Below, piece by piece: positions 38,133 through 48,716 of a stretch of 64,000 nt of DNA (position 1 is its first letter; each line of letters starts with the position of its first letter). A program made the translations under genes and the position numbers. This stretch comes from an uncultured Aurantimonas sp. (GTDB taxonomy: Bacteria; Pseudomonadota; Alphaproteobacteria; Rhizobiales; Rhizobiaceae), in contig CANKZU010000011.1 in NCBI GenBank assembly GCA_947488615.1, positions 6,471 through 70,470 of the forward strand. Direction: 5' to 3'. A model generated the notes under the pieces. The model was not told where the DNA came from and ran no database searches. It saw only the letters and a program-made list of their open reading frames with translations.

Positions 38133-40037
38133 ATGTCGATGGCGGATACGACGAGTTCCAATCAATGGAGCGATCAGCAGGTCGACAATATCGAGGATGA
38201 TCCTTTCGCCGAACTGTCACGGCTGATCGGTGAGCCATGGGACGCGGAGCCGGTCAGTGACCGGCCGGACTTGTTGGAAGCCGCGCCGCTAGGGCGTGAG
38301 AATCGCCTGTTCGAAGGCGAGCAGAGTGGCTTCTCCGCGCCCGAGGCGCTGAGCCGTCCGGCCGACGAGGCGACGAATTCGCTCGAGCTCGACGTGGAGG
38401 ACCTGGTCGGCGCGCTCGATGCGGAATTGAATGCATCGTTCCTGGAGGAGGACGCAGGCGAATCGACGCAGCACTCCGGCCAGCCCGCTGCCGAAATTGC
38501 CAATCCGCAAGTGATCGCGCCGCAGGTCGCGAATCGAGATGCGGGTTTCAGCGTCGGCGCCGCTGCGATGCAGCCAGTCGAGGCGGTGCCGGTCAGCGAC
38601 CTGGAGGTTGCGCTGCGCGGTCTGTCGGCGCCGGTCAATCCGCGCGGAATCGGTTTGCAGCACAGTGAAGCCTTTGCACCGGCGCGCCAAGACGCGTCGC
38701 CGTTGCCAGACGTCGCCGACAAGCCCTTCGACGATTTCGACGAATTGATCGCCAGTGAACTCGCCGCGATGAATCCGTCGCCTCGGGCGGTCGCGGCGAG
38801 GCCTGCCACCGTCGATGGAGCAGACGCGGACACTGTCGCGCCTCAAGGCCACGCAGCTGCAACGGTCCGACATGCGCAGGCAGCTGAGGATGCTCCCGCC
38901 GCCAAGGTGGCAGGCCGGCCTGCCGTCGCGGATACGATTTCGCCCGCATTCGCCCCGGCTACGGCTAGCCGGGTTCGCTTTTCGCCCCGTATGTCCAGCC
39001 TCGCCGCCAGCGTTCTGGCGATCACCGTCGTTGGCGCCGCCGCAGCCTATTGGGTCTCTGGCGATGTTACCAGTGGCTCAGGCGATCTGCTGATCGTTCG
39101 GGCCGACACCGATCCGGTCAAAGTGGCCCCGAAGGATCCCGGCGGCCGGGCGATTCCGAACCAGAACAAGGCGGTCTACGAACGCGTGCAGAGCGCCGAC
39201 GCCGCCATCGTTCCGGCGCAGCAGACCCTCGTCACGGCCGCCGAGGAGCCGGTCGATCTTCCAGGGGTCGATCTGAACCCGATCAGCAGTGCGCGCGCCG
39301 CGGAGCCGGTGCGCGTCGCCGATGCCGCGAATGACGGCTCGCCGATCGCGGTGCTGACGCCCCGCCGCGTGCGCACCATGACGGTTCGACCCGATGGAAC
39401 GCTCGTCATGGCGAATACGGTTCCCGAGACCTCCATGGACGATATGCGCGGCAATGGGGCGGCACTGATCGAAGCGTCATCCCGGTCGGTGGTTCCTGCC
39501 GAAGGTGCCACGCCGCTGTCTGCCGAGGATGCCGCGCCATCGGCTGCCGATGCGAACGCCAGTGTCCTCGGTCAGTCGTCGCCGGGCGTGCCGGTGCCGG
39601 CCTTGCGACCGGGACTCGACAATGCCGCCCCGATCAGGGTTGCCGCGGTAGCCACGCCGGAACCGATGTCGGACGCGGGGGGCTCGACCGCCGTTGCCGC
39701 CGTGGCGACGACCGCTCCTGAGACAGTTGGGTCGATCGCAGCCGCTCCGGCTGCGACGCCGGCCCCTGTCTCCGCGGCCCAGATGCCGGTCGCCGACGGC
39801 TATTTCGTGCAGATCTCGTCGCAGCCAAACGAAGCCGCCGCCAAGCAGACGTCGCAGACGCTCGGGCAGCGCTATGCCGAGGTTATCGGCCAGCGCGATC
39901 TCGTGATCCAGTCGGCGGACATCCCCGGTAAGGGGACCTACTATCGCGTGCGGATCGCCACCGGCTCGAAGTCCGAGGCGTCGACCCTATGCACCGAGTT
40001 GAAATCAGCCGGCGGCAGCTGCTTCGTGGCGCGCTGA
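38133..40037 (+). CDS. SPOR-domain cell-division/envelope protein (FtsN/RgsS-like)
   Basis: Long acidic cytoplasmic N-terminus, single TM (LAASVLAITVVGAAAAYWV), LIVRADTDPVKVAP, NKAVYERV, PRRVRTMTVRPDGT, C-terminal SPOR (YFVQISS...YYRVR...CTELKSAGGSCFV). Confidence 0.88.
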   Translation: MSMADTTSSNQWSDQQVDNIEDDPFAELSRLIGEPWDAEPVSDRPDLLEAAPLGRENRLFEGEQSGFSAPEALSRPADEATNSLELDVEDLVGALDAELNASFLEEDAGESTQHSGQPAAEIANPQVIAPQVANRDAGFSVGAAAMQPVEAVPVSDLEVALRGLSAPVNPRGIGLQHSEAFAPARQDASPLPDVADKPFDDFDELIASELAAMNPSPRAVAARPATVDGADADTVAPQGHAAATVRHAQAAEDAPAAKVAGRPAVADTISPAFAPATASRVRFSPRMSSLAASVLAITVVGAAAAYWVSGDVTSGSGDLLIVRADTDPVKVAPKDPGGRAIPNQNKAVYERVQSADAAIVPAQQTLVTAAEEPVDLPGVDLNPISSARAAEPVRVADAANDGSPIAVLTPRRVRTMTVRPDGTLVMANTVPETSMDDMRGNGAALIEASSRSVVPAEGATPLSAEDAAPSAADANASVLGQSSPGVPVPALRPGLDNAAPIRVAAVATPEPMSDAGGSTAVAAVATTAPETVGSIAAAPAATPAPVSAAQMPVADGYFVQISSQPNEAAAKQTSQTLGQRYAEVIGQRDLVIQSADIPGKGTYYRVRIATGSKSEASTLCTELKSAGGSCFVAR

Positions 40038-40156
40038 GCGCCAGCGCTGTCACGCTCGTCGGCGGGGCGTCCCGCCCGGTCGCATTTACCCATGACCATA
40101 TCGAAGGACGGCCCGGCCGCACCGCCGCGCCGTCCTCTCTTGCATCGGAGATACGG

Positions 40157-41179
40157 ATGAGCGGATCGAAGGCCTGGATCGCCGCACCCGAGGCGCCTCG
40201 ACTGAGCGCGGACGAGCGCAGGTTCTTCGCCGACGAATGCCCGTGGGGGTTTATCCTCTTTGCGCGAAACGTCTCGGAGGCATCCCAGATTGAGGATCTC
40301 GTCGCGGAACTGATCGATTTGGGCGGCCGTGCTACGACGCCGATCTTCATTGATCAGGAGGGCGGCCGGATTCAGCGTTTGAGGCCGCCGCTCGCGCCAC
40401 AATATCCGCCGGCGGCCACGATCGGACAGGTCTATGCGTCCGACCCGGCGGCCGGGCAGCGGGCGGCCTGGCTGCAAGGCCGTCTGCTTGCCGATGATCT
40501 GATGGCCTACGGGATCAATGCCGATTGCATTCCATGCATCGATGTGCCGACGGCGGAGGCGCACTCGGTGATTGGCGACCGCGCCTATGCGACGGACCCG
40601 GAAGCGGTGGCGACGCTTGGCGGAGCCGCCGCGGACGGCCTTCTGGCCGGTGGCGTGTTGCCGGTGATGAAACATATTCCCGGCCACGGCCGTGGCAATG
40701 CCGACAGCCATCTCGCGCTGCCAGTTGTCGCGACGTCGCGCGATGAGCTGTCACGCACCGATTTCGCCCCATTCCACGCCCTTCAGAGGCTGCCGGCGGC
40801 GATGACCGCCCACATCCTCTACAGCGCCATCGATCCGGTTCATCCGGCGACCTTGTCGTCGACGGTCATCGAAAGCGTTATCCGCGAGGAAATCGGGTTC
40901 GACGGTCTGTTGATGAGCGATGACATCTCGATGAAGGCGCTCGCGGGCGATCTCGACGAACTCAGCCGCAGGGCGCTCGAAGCAGGCTGTGACGTGGTCC
41001 TGCACTGCAATGGCGATTTCGACGAAATGCGAAAAGTCGCGGGTGCGGCGCGGCCGTTGTCCGGCGACGCGGAGCGGCGTGCCGAAGCGGCGGAATCGGC
41101 TATTTCAGCAAGCGCGACGAGCGACGATATGCCCGCGCTGCGAGCCGAATACGACGAATTGGTGGGCGCGTCTGTCTGA
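40157..41179 (+). CDS. nagZ: Beta-N-acetylhexosaminidase (GH3)
   Basis: GFILFARNV, IDQEGGRIQR, catalytic KHIPGHG and MSDDISM. Confidence 0.95.
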   Translation: MSGSKAWIAAPEAPRLSADERRFFADECPWGFILFARNVSEASQIEDLVAELIDLGGRATTPIFIDQEGGRIQRLRPPLAPQYPPAATIGQVYASDPAAGQRAAWLQGRLLADDLMAYGINADCIPCIDVPTAEAHSVIGDRAYATDPEAVATLGGAAADGLLAGGVLPVMKHIPGHGRGNADSHLALPVVATSRDELSRTDFAPFHALQRLPAAMTAHILYSAIDPVHPATLSSTVIESVIREEIGFDGLLMSDDISMKALAGDLDELSRRALEAGCDVVLHCNGDFDEMRKVAGAARPLSGDAERRAEAAESAISASATSDDMPALRAEYDELVGASV

Positions 41180-41419
41180 CGGAAACGCCGCTGCCGAGCT
41201 GCGGCTGTCGGTCCGGACCCCTCTCCCACGAAAGAAATCGGTCACGCATAGGAAATCGGATCGGATCGATCCTATTTCATCGGGATATGGGCGGTAGACG
41301 TCGCAAGCGTGTCGGGTCGGCCGTCGAACGCGGTTGCCGTTCCAGTGCCGACCGGTTACCGAGGTCGCGAATTGGCAGGCCTCAAGGCTTCGCTGACGAA
41401 CCGACGGACAGGCCGAAGC

Positions 41420-42544
41420 GTGCAGGACCACCAGAGCACAGCCATCGCTCCATCGACAAAGGGCTCCGGCCGTACCAGTGCCGGCGTCAGCTTCGCCGCG
41501 CGCCTGGCATTCGAGGACGTTGTCCACACCGTTGGGTCGACCACCATCCTGTCGGGGATCAGCCTGACGGCCGAGCCTGGCGAAATTCTCTGTCTGCTCG
41601 GGCCGTCCGGCTCCGGCAAGACGACTATGCTGCGAATCGCCGCTGGAATCGAGCGCCAGAGTTCCGGTCGTCTGGTGCTCAACGGCCAGGAGATCGCTGG
41701 TCCCGATGCGTTCGTGCCGCCGGAAAAGCGCGGTATCGGCCTGATGTTTCAGGATTTCGCTCTGTTCCCACACATGAGCATAGCCGAAAATGTCCGCTTC
41801 GGCCTGACGGCGCTTTCGGGCGCGGCGGCCAAGAGGGAGGCGATGGTGGCGCTCGAGCGGGTCGGGCTCGCCGATGTCGCCCGCCAATATCCGCACACTC
41901 TGTCCGGCGGCGAGCAGCAGCGGGTGGCGCTGGCGAGAGCGCTGAGCCCGCGGCCGACGGTCCTGTTGATGGACGAGCCGTTTTCCGGCCTCGACAGCCG
42001 TCTCAAGGATGTGGTGCGGACCGATACGCTGCAGATCCTGCGTGAGAGCCGCGCGACAGCGATCATCGTAACGCACGATGCCGAAGAGGCGATGCGAATG
42101 GGCGACCGAATCGCGCTTCTGCGCGACGGCCGGCTCGTGCAGGTGGGGACCGCCGCGGAACTCTACAGTCGCCCGGCCGATCTTTTCACGGCCGGCTTTT
42201 TTTCCGAGCTCAACGTCATCGACGGGGAAGTCCGCGGGGGCCGCGTCGTCACCGCGCTCGGCCCGGTCGCGGATTCGCCTTTGTCCGACGGTACGCCGGT
42301 GACGGTGGCGTTGCGCCTCATGGGCTTGCGCCTGGAGGAACAGCCGAGCGGCGTCCTCGGGCGTATCGTCGCCCGCCGTTTCCTCGGCGGTGTCGACCTC
42401 ATGACCGTCGCGATCGAGGGGCTCGATTATCCGCTCCGATCGCGCATGCGCGCCGGAATCGTACCAGACGGTAAACGCGATGTCGTTGTTTCCGTTGATT
42501 TGCAAGACGTTATCGTGTTTGAAAAGACCCCAGATCATCGTTAG
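41420..42544 (+). CDS. ABC transporter ATP-binding subunit (FbpC/PotA-like), no adjacent permease
   Basis: Walker [41 protein letters not shown] and VTHD. The start is uncertain. Confidence 0.9.
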   Translation: MQDHQSTAIAPSTKGSGRTSAGVSFAARLAFEDVVHTVGSTTILSGISLTAEPGEILCLLGPSGSGKTTMLRIAAGIERQSSGRLVLNGQEIAGPDAFVPPEKRGIGLMFQDFALFPHMSIAENVRFGLTALSGAAAKREAMVALERVGLADVARQYPHTLSGGEQQRVALARALSPRPTVLLMDEPFSGLDSRLKDVVRTDTLQILRESRATAIIVTHDAEEAMRMGDRIALLRDGRLVQVGTAAELYSRPADLFTAGFFSELNVIDGEVRGGRVVTALGPVADSPLSDGTPVTVALRLMGLRLEEQPSGVLGRIVARRFLGGVDLMTVAIEGLDYPLRSRMRAGIVPDGKRDVVVSVDLQDVIVFEKTPDHR

Positions 42545-42588
42545 CTTTGCGAGAGCGAACGGCTCACGCGTTCCATGGAGAATTTGTT

Positions 42589-42831
42589 ATGGGTAGCTTC
42601 AGCATTTGGCATTGGCTCATCGTCCTTGCGGTCGTGCTGCTCCTGTTCGGTCGCGGCAAGATTCCCGAGTTGATGGGCGACGTCGCCAAGGGCATCAAGA
42701 GCTTCAAGAAGGGCATGTCGGACGAGGACGCGGAAAAGGCTGAGACAACCGCGCAGGAGCGCCGCACACTCGATCACAACGAGGCCGACGTGGTACGGCA
42801 CGACGTGGCGACGAAGAAGACGGTCAACTGA
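42589..42831 (+). CDS. tatA: Twin-arginine translocase TatA
   Basis: [42 protein letters not shown]. Confidence 0.96.
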   Translation: MGSFSIWHWLIVLAVVLLLFGRGKIPELMGDVAKGIKSFKKGMSDEDAEKAETTAQERRTLDHNEADVVRHDVATKKTVN

Positions 42832-42917
42832 TCGTCTGATCGTCCTACCGTCTGGCGACCGGGCCGTGTTCGCGCCCGCTCGCCATTTTTCCTGGTTGTC
42901 GCTCTCGAGGCCTTGCG

Positions 42918-43487
42918 ATGTTTGATATTGGTTGGGCCGAACTGATGATGGTCGCCGTGATCCTTGTGGTCGTGGTTGGCCCCAAGGATCTGCCACGCAT
43001 GCTGCGCACCTTCGGGCGCACGACCAAGCAGTTGCGCTCGATGGCCGGGGATTTTCGCCGGCAGTTCGACGACGCGTTGCGCGAAGCCGATCTCGATGAC
43101 GTACGTTCGACGGTCAGCGATATCCGCAAGCTCGATCCGACCAAGGACGTGCGCGCGGCGATGAACCCGATGAAGGCGGTCGGGGATGAGATTCGGTCGT
43201 CGCTCAAGGCGGCGGCCAGCGCGCCGGAACCGGAGGTCCCGAGCCCCACGGCTCCCGCGACAGCGGAAAAACCCGACAAGGCAGGCGCAACCGCAAAAAC
43301 CGACAGCTCCCCTAGGACGCCTGCGTCCGGCGCAAAGCCGACTGCCACCTCCGGTGACGCAAAGAATACCCCGGTCAAGCGAGCGACCAAAGCCAAGCCT
43401 GCTGCCAAGGCTAAGCCTGCCGGCAAGGCCAAAGCTCCCGCCAAAGCCAAGCCGACCGCGAAAAAGACAACCGAGGACGTCGCGTGA
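42918..43487 (+). CDS. tatB: Twin-arginine translocase TatB
   Basis: MFDIGWAELMMVAVILVVVVGPKDLPRMLR, followed by a Lys/Ala/Pro-rich tail. Confidence 0.95.
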   Translation: MFDIGWAELMMVAVILVVVVGPKDLPRMLRTFGRTTKQLRSMAGDFRRQFDDALREADLDDVRSTVSDIRKLDPTKDVRAAMNPMKAVGDEIRSSLKAAASAPEPEVPSPTAPATAEKPDKAGATAKTDSSPRTPASGAKPTATSGDAKNTPVKRATKAKPAAKAKPAGKAKAPAKAKPTAKKTTEDVA

Positions 43488-44290
43488 CACGCACTGACAG
43501 CGATATCGAGGCCTCTTCGGCGCCATTGATCGACCACCTCATCGAATTGCGAACCCGGCTGATCTGGAGCATCGCCGGATTCCTCGTGGCGTTCATTTTC
43601 TGCTTCTTTTTTGCCAAGCAGATCTTCAATTTCCTCGTCGTGCCGTATCAGACGGCGACGATCTGGGCCGGGATCGATGACCGCCAGGTCGAACTGATCT
43701 ACACCGCGCCGCAGGAATTCTTTTTTACCCAGGTCAAGATCGCGGCCTTCGGCGGCTTCTTCATCGCCTTCCCGCTGATCGCCGCGCAGATCTACAAATT
43801 CGTGGCGCCCGGTCTTTATCGGGAGGAAAGGGGCGCTTTCCTGCCGTTTCTGGTGGCCACACCGCTCCTGTTCCTGCTTGGCGCTGCGCTGGTCTATTAC
43901 TTCTTCACCCCGATGGTGATGTGGTTCTTCCTGTCGATGGAGCAGTCCGGCACCGAGGAGGGGCAGGCGGCCATTCAGCTCCTGCCGCGCGTGTCGGAAT
44001 ATCTGTCACTGATCATGACGCTGATATTCGCGTTCGGATTGGTGTTCCAGCTTCCGGTCGTCGCGACCTTGCTCGTCAGAGCCGGGATCACCTCTGCCGA
44101 CGGCCTCGCCTCGAAGCGCAAATATGCGATCGTGCTGGCATTCATCGCCGCCGCGATCTTGACCCCGCCAGATCCGATGTCGCAGATCGGTCTTGCCCTG
44201 CCGACGATCCTTCTCTACGAGGTGTCGATCTTTGCGGCGCGGATAATCGAGAAAAAGCGGGCCGAAAAACTCGGTGAGAGCGAGACGTAA
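43484..44290 (+). CDS. tatC: Twin-arginine translocase TatC
   Basis: PLIDHLIELRTRL, FVAPGLYREE, AAILTPPDPMSQ and LYEVSI. Confidence 0.96.
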   Translation: MTRTDSDIEASSAPLIDHLIELRTRLIWSIAGFLVAFIFCFFFAKQIFNFLVVPYQTATIWAGIDDRQVELIYTAPQEFFFTQVKIAAFGGFFIAFPLIAAQIYKFVAPGLYREERGAFLPFLVATPLLFLLGAALVYYFFTPMVMWFFLSMEQSGTEEGQAAIQLLPRVSEYLSLIMTLIFAFGLVFQLPVVATLLVRAGITSADGLASKRKYAIVLAFIAAAILTPPDPMSQIGLALPTILLYEVSIFAARIIEKKRAEKLGESET

Positions 44291-44350
44291 GGCCGACCTC
44301 GACGTCTTGGAACCGGGTCCCGTCGCTTACCGATCGGGAACGGGGATTGC

Positions 44351-45634
44351 ATGCTCGACATCAGATGGATACGCGAGAATCCGGAAAAACTGGATGAAGC
44401 GCTCGCGCGCCGTGGCGCCGCGCCCGCTTCGGCCGAACTTATCAAACTTGATGAGGCCCGTCGCGAGCATCTGACGCGGCTTCAACAGCTTCAGGGCCGG
44501 CGCAACGACGCCTCGAAGGCGATTGGCAAAGCCAAGGGCTCGGGCGATTCCGGCAAGGCCGACGAACTCATCCGCGAGGTCGCCGAGATCAAGGCGGAGA
44601 TCCAGGAGGGCGAGGAAACCGAGCGGCGTATCGACCAATCCCTCGAGGACGCGCTGGCGCGCATTCCGAACCTGCCGACCGACGATGTTCCGGCCGGGCT
44701 GGACGAGAGCGCCAATGTCGAGATTCGCCGCTTTGGCGACAAGCCGGACTTCGACTTCGAGCCGAAAGAGCATGACGAACTCGGCGAAGCGCTGGGCCTG
44801 ATGGATTTCGAACAGGCGGCGAAGATTTCCGGCGCACGCTTCACCATCCTGCGAGGCGGCCTGGCGCGTCTTGAGCGGGCGCTCGGACAGTTCATGCTCG
44901 ATCTGCATACCGGCGAGCACGGCTACGTGGAGGTCGCGACGCCGCTATTGGTGCGCGACGAGGCGCTGTACGGTACCGGCCAACTACCGAAATTTTCCGA
45001 GGACCTCTTCCATACGACCGCCGGGCGGTGGCTGATCCCGACCGCCGAGGTGCCGTTGACCAATCTCGTGCGGGAACAGATTCTCGACCCGGCCGACCTT
45101 CCGGTGCGGGTGACGGCGCTGACGCCATGCTTCCGCTCTGAAGCGGGCTCGGCAGGCCGGGACACGCGCGGCATGTTGCGCCAGCACCAGTTTTACAAGG
45201 TCGAGCTGGTATCGATCACCGCTGCCGAGACATCCGTCGAGGAGCACGAGCGTATGACGGCCTCGGCCGAGGAGGTGCTGAAACGCCTCGGCCTGTCATA
45301 CCGCGTTGTGACACTGTGCGCGGGCGATATGGGATTCTCCGCGCGCAAGACCTACGACATCGAGGTCTGGCTGCCGGGGCAGGGCGCCTATCGGGAGATT
45401 TCCAGCTGCTCCGTGTGCGGCGACTTCCAGGCGCGGCGCATGGGGACGCGCTACCGTCCGGACGGCGAAAAATCGCCGCGCTTCGTCCACACGTTGAACG
45501 GCTCCGGCGTCGCTCTCGGGCGCGCGCTGATCGCCGTGATGGAAAATTATCAGAACGCCGACGGAAGCATCACCGTGCCCGAGGTGATCCGACCGTATAT
45601 GGGCGGGATCGAACGGATCGAGAGGCCGGCCTGA
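44351..45634 (+). CDS. serS: Serine--tRNA ligase
   Basis: [47 protein letters not shown] and HTLNGSG. Confidence 0.98.
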   Translation: MLDIRWIRENPEKLDEALARRGAAPASAELIKLDEARREHLTRLQQLQGRRNDASKAIGKAKGSGDSGKADELIREVAEIKAEIQEGEETERRIDQSLEDALARIPNLPTDDVPAGLDESANVEIRRFGDKPDFDFEPKEHDELGEALGLMDFEQAAKISGARFTILRGGLARLERALGQFMLDLHTGEHGYVEVATPLLVRDEALYGTGQLPKFSEDLFHTTAGRWLIPTAEVPLTNLVREQILDPADLPVRVTALTPCFRSEAGSAGRDTRGMLRQHQFYKVELVSITAAETSVEEHERMTASAEEVLKRLGLSYRVVTLCAGDMGFSARKTYDIEVWLPGQGAYREISSCSVCGDFQARRMGTRYRPDGEKSPRFVHTLNGSGVALGRALIAVMENYQNADGSITVPEVIRPYMGGIERIERPA

Positions 45635-46389
45635 TGCGTCTCCTGCTCACCAATGACGACGGCATTCACGCCGAGGGTCTCCAGGTCCTGGAACGGATCG
45701 CCCGGACGATGAGTGACGATGTCTGGGTCGTCGCGCCCGAGACCGACCAGAGCGGCCTGTCGCACTCGCTGACCCTTTCCTCACCTCTGCGTTTGCGCAA
45801 AATTTCGGAAAAGCGGTTCGCGCTGTCGGGCACGCCGACCGACTGCGTCATCATGGCGGTCAAGCGGCTGATGGATTCGCCGCCAGACATGGTGCTGTCG
45901 GGTGTCAATGCCGGCCAGAACATCTGCGACGACGTGACCTATTCGGGCACGGTGGCCGGCGCCATGGAAGGCACGATGCTCGGGCTGAAGTCGGTGGCGC
46001 TGAGCCAGCAATTCACCCGGGGCGGCGACCGGGAGACATTGTGGGAGACGGCCGAGCAACACGCCCCCGCTGTCCTCGATTTGCTTGCGAACTATCAGAT
46101 TCCACCCGGCCATCTCGTCAACGTCAACTTTCCGGCTGTTCCTGCCGATGCGGTTTCCGGTGTGGCGGTCACCCGCCAGGGCAAGCTCGACTATTCCCTC
46201 GGCATGGAAGAGCGGCGCGACGGCCGTGGCTTTCCGTATTTCTGGCTGACCTTCGGCCGCCAGGCCGGGGAGGAAGTCGAGAGTTCCGATATCGCGGCTT
46301 TGTCGGCCGGGAAAATCTCGGTGACGCCTCTGCATCTCGATCTGACCGCGCACGCGCTGCGCGAAGGCCTGGGAAGCCTGTTCCGGTGA
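45634..46389 (+). CDS. surE: 5'/3'-nucleotidase SurE
   Basis: [36 protein letters not shown] and [11 protein letters not shown]. Overlaps the serS stop (TGATG). Confidence 0.96.
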   Translation: MRLLLTNDDGIHAEGLQVLERIARTMSDDVWVVAPETDQSGLSHSLTLSSPLRLRKISEKRFALSGTPTDCVIMAVKRLMDSPPDMVLSGVNAGQNICDDVTYSGTVAGAMEGTMLGLKSVALSQQFTRGGDRETLWETAEQHAPAVLDLLANYQIPPGHLVNVNFPAVPADAVSGVAVTRQGKLDYSLGMEERRDGRGFPYFWLTFGRQAGEEVESSDIAALSAGKISVTPLHLDLTAHALREGLGSLFR

Positions 46390-47036
46390 GGCCGGAAGGC
46401 CGGGACCGCGAGGACCTCGCGGCATTTCTCCTGAGCCTGCGCACCCGGCGGATCGCCGATCCCAAGCTGCTCGATGCGATCGAGACGGTGCCCCGTCGTT
46501 TCTTCCTGCCTGACGGCATCGACAACGCTTATGAGGCTCGCTCCGCGCCGATCGATTGCGGGGAGACCATGCCCGGCGCGCTGTTCGCGGTCCGGCTGGT
46601 GTCGGCCCTGGAGATCGAGGCGGACCATCGGATTCTCGAGATCGGCGCCGGCAGCGGCTACGTCACGGCGCTGATGGCGCGTCTTTGTGCCCATGTCACT
46701 TCGTTCGATCGCTATCGGCGCCTGGTGGAGGCGGCGAGCCGGCGATTGAAACTGGTCGGTGTGAGCAACGTCTCCCTGTTCCTGGAAGATGGCAGCGACG
46801 GCTTCGCCGCCGGGGCGCCCTTCGATCGGGTGATCGTTCACGCTGCCTTTCCGGCAGTGCCGCGGCTGTTTCTCGACCAGATCCGTCCGCACGGAGTACT
46901 GATCTGCGCGGTCGGGGAAGCAGGCGGAGAACAGGCGCTGGTGCGTCTGCGCAAAGTCGGCAGCCGCTTCGAGCGCGAGGATCTCGGCCCGGTCCGCTAT
47001 CAGCCACTGGCGTTCGGAACGGCTGAGGTACTGTAG
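46386..47036 (+). CDS. pcm: Protein-L-isoaspartate O-methyltransferase (surE-pcm-nlpD copy)
   Basis: GTGA overlap with sur[28 protein letters not shown]. Confidence 0.88.
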   Translation: MRPEGRDREDLAAFLLSLRTRRIADPKLLDAIETVPRRFFLPDGIDNAYEARSAPIDCGETMPGALFAVRLVSALEIEADHRILEIGAGSGYVTALMARLCAHVTSFDRYRRLVEAASRRLKLVGVSNVSLFLEDGSDGFAAGAPFDRVIVHAAFPAVPRLFLDQIRPHGVLICAVGEAGGEQALVRLRKVGSRFEREDLGPVRYQPLAFGTAEVL

Positions 47037-47105
47037 CCGGTTCAGGCCGTTCCAAGCCACTCGCATGGGCTGCTCCACAAGAAATAACGTCGGCCGCGCG
47101 GTGAT

Positions 47106-47127
47106 TTAACCCGGCAGTAAGATTAAC
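47106..47127. promoter_or_regulatory. CtrA-like binding site upstream of nlpD
   Basis: TTAA-CCCGGCA-GTAA (one mismatch to TTAA-N7-TTAA), followed by a TTAAC half-site at 47123-47127. Confidence 0.45.
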
Positions 47128-47174
47128 GCGCTTCAATGGTCTCGAGAGTAATCCCGCGTGCTCAAGGGACGACG

Positions 47175-48359
47175 ATGCGAATCAATGTGCTGAAATCTTT
47201 GCGACTCAATATGGCTCCCACCGTTGCGGTGGTCGGCCTGATAGGGTTTGCCGCTGGATGTAGCTCCGACGTCGCGCGTTTCGATGACGGCTTCTACACC
47301 GGTGCCGTCCCGCAGCCGCCGTCCCGCACGGCGGCTGTCAGCCAGCCCTATCCGGGTGATGTCGATCGGATGAATACGGCCGGTATCAACCGCTCATCGG
47401 GATATGCGCGGTCGTCCGGTCGCGCACCCACTGCTTCCGTGCAGCGCAACACGCTGCCGCCTCCGCCGCCGCCCAGCTATCAGTCCTCCAATCCCGCCTC
47501 CGTGGCGCCCTCTGCGTCTCAGCCGGCGGCACGAGGCGCGCCAGCATCGACACTGGGAGACCAGGCGGCGCGAATTGCCAAGCCCGCGCCACGCCAGTCC
47601 GAGAGCGGCGCGAAAGTAACGGTCGAAAGCGGCGACACGCTGTTGTCGATCGCCCGGCGAACCGGAGCGTCGGTTTCCGACATCAAGCGTGCGAACGGTC
47701 TCGACGACAGTACCATCCGCATTGGTCAGACGCTCACCGTCCCCGGCGGAAAAGTCGCTGCGACGAAGGTCGCCAGCGTGGAAGCCAAAGCGGCAGCGCC
47801 AACAAAACAGGCCGCCAAGCCGCGTACTGAGAGCGCCGCGCCAGAGCCCTACACGCCGCCGGCAACAGCCGAAAAGGCTGGCCGCCCGTCTACCGAGACC
47901 GCCTCGAGGCAATCGCGGCCAACGACCACCGTCAGCAAGGAAGTCGAGGCCAAGGTCGCGGCCGTCGCGCCCGACGCTACCGGCATCAGCCAGTTTCGTT
48001 GGCCGGTGCAGGGACGGGTGATCAGTCGTTTCGGCGAAAAGGTGGGATCGCGGCGCAACGATGGCCTCAACATCTCGGTGCCGCGCGGAACCCCGGTCAA
48101 GGCGGCCGAGAATGGGGTGGTGATCTATGCCGGCGACGGCCTCAAGGAATTCGGTAACACCGTTCTCGTGAAGCACGACGACGGACTCGTTACCGTCTAT
48201 GGCCATGCCGATTCGATTTCCGTCGAACGTGGCGCGAAGGTGCGCCGTGGCCAGGAAGTCGCGAAGTCCGGCATGAGCGGTGAAACGGAGGTTCCGGTCC
48301 TGCATTTCGAAGTGCGCAAGAACTCCGCGCCAGTCGATCCGACGAAGTTTTTGCAATAA
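47175..48359 (+). CDS. nlpD: LysM + M23 peptidase-domain lipoprotein (NlpD/DipM-like)
   Basis: Lipobox AAGC, LysM VESGDTLLSIARR, FRWPVQGRVI, NDGLNI (His replaced by Asn, as in non-catalytic NlpD-type activators), YGHA and LHFEVR. Confidence 0.9.
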   Translation: MRINVLKSLRLNMAPTVAVVGLIGFAAGCSSDVARFDDGFYTGAVPQPPSRTAAVSQPYPGDVDRMNTAGINRSSGYARSSGRAPTASVQRNTLPPPPPPSYQSSNPASVAPSASQPAARGAPASTLGDQAARIAKPAPRQSESGAKVTVESGDTLLSIARRTGASVSDIKRANGLDDSTIRIGQTLTVPGGKVAATKVASVEAKAAAPTKQAAKPRTESAAPEPYTPPATAEKAGRPSTETASRQSRPTTTVSKEVEAKVAAVAPDATGISQFRWPVQGRVISRFGEKVGSRRNDGLNISVPRGTPVKAAENGVVIYAGDGLKEFGNTVLVKHDDGLVTVYGHADSISVERGAKVRRGQEVAKSGMSGETEVPVLHFEVRKNSAPVDPTKFLQ

Positions 48360-48382
48360 GCGCCGGCCTCCAGGCGTTTGAC

Positions 48383-48420
48383 GGCCTGGCCCTGCGTCTC
48401 GGCGCGGGGCCAGGCCTTTT
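48383..48420 (+). terminator. Intrinsic terminator after nlpD
   Basis: GGCCTGGCCCTGCG-TCTCGG-CGCGGGGCCAGGCC-TTTT. Confidence 0.75.
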
Positions 48421-48716
48421 CCGTTTCCTATCGCCTGGGCCCTTGCGCGGCCAAGGACCGGTGCGCTCAAAACATCCCGGTCATAGCGGTATCGTGGGCG
48501 GGAAATCGCGGCCGTGCTGGGGCGTCGATGCGGATTGGCTATGAAGTCATGCTGGAGGGCCAGGCCCAACAAGCCCGATTGCGCGCAGACAGGACGCTCG
48601 GTTTGCCTTTCGCCGTCCCGAATCATCTCGGCTGTCGATCGTGAACATGATCGATTCCAGTCTGTGAGCGCGGAATACGGGCGCGAACTCGACTCTCGCT
48701 TTTTCCCCGTTCCGCT

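Noticed and set aside
41180-41419. Cobalamin or other riboswitch upstream of the ABC ATPase
   Set aside because: Hairpins are present (ATAGGA...TCCTAT), but the conserved B12-box elements are not found on either strand.
22473-47036. Two pcm-like genes as a recent duplication
   Set aside because: The two proteins are highly divergent, and both positions (before tolC; surE-pcm-nlpD) are standard in Alphaproteobacteria.
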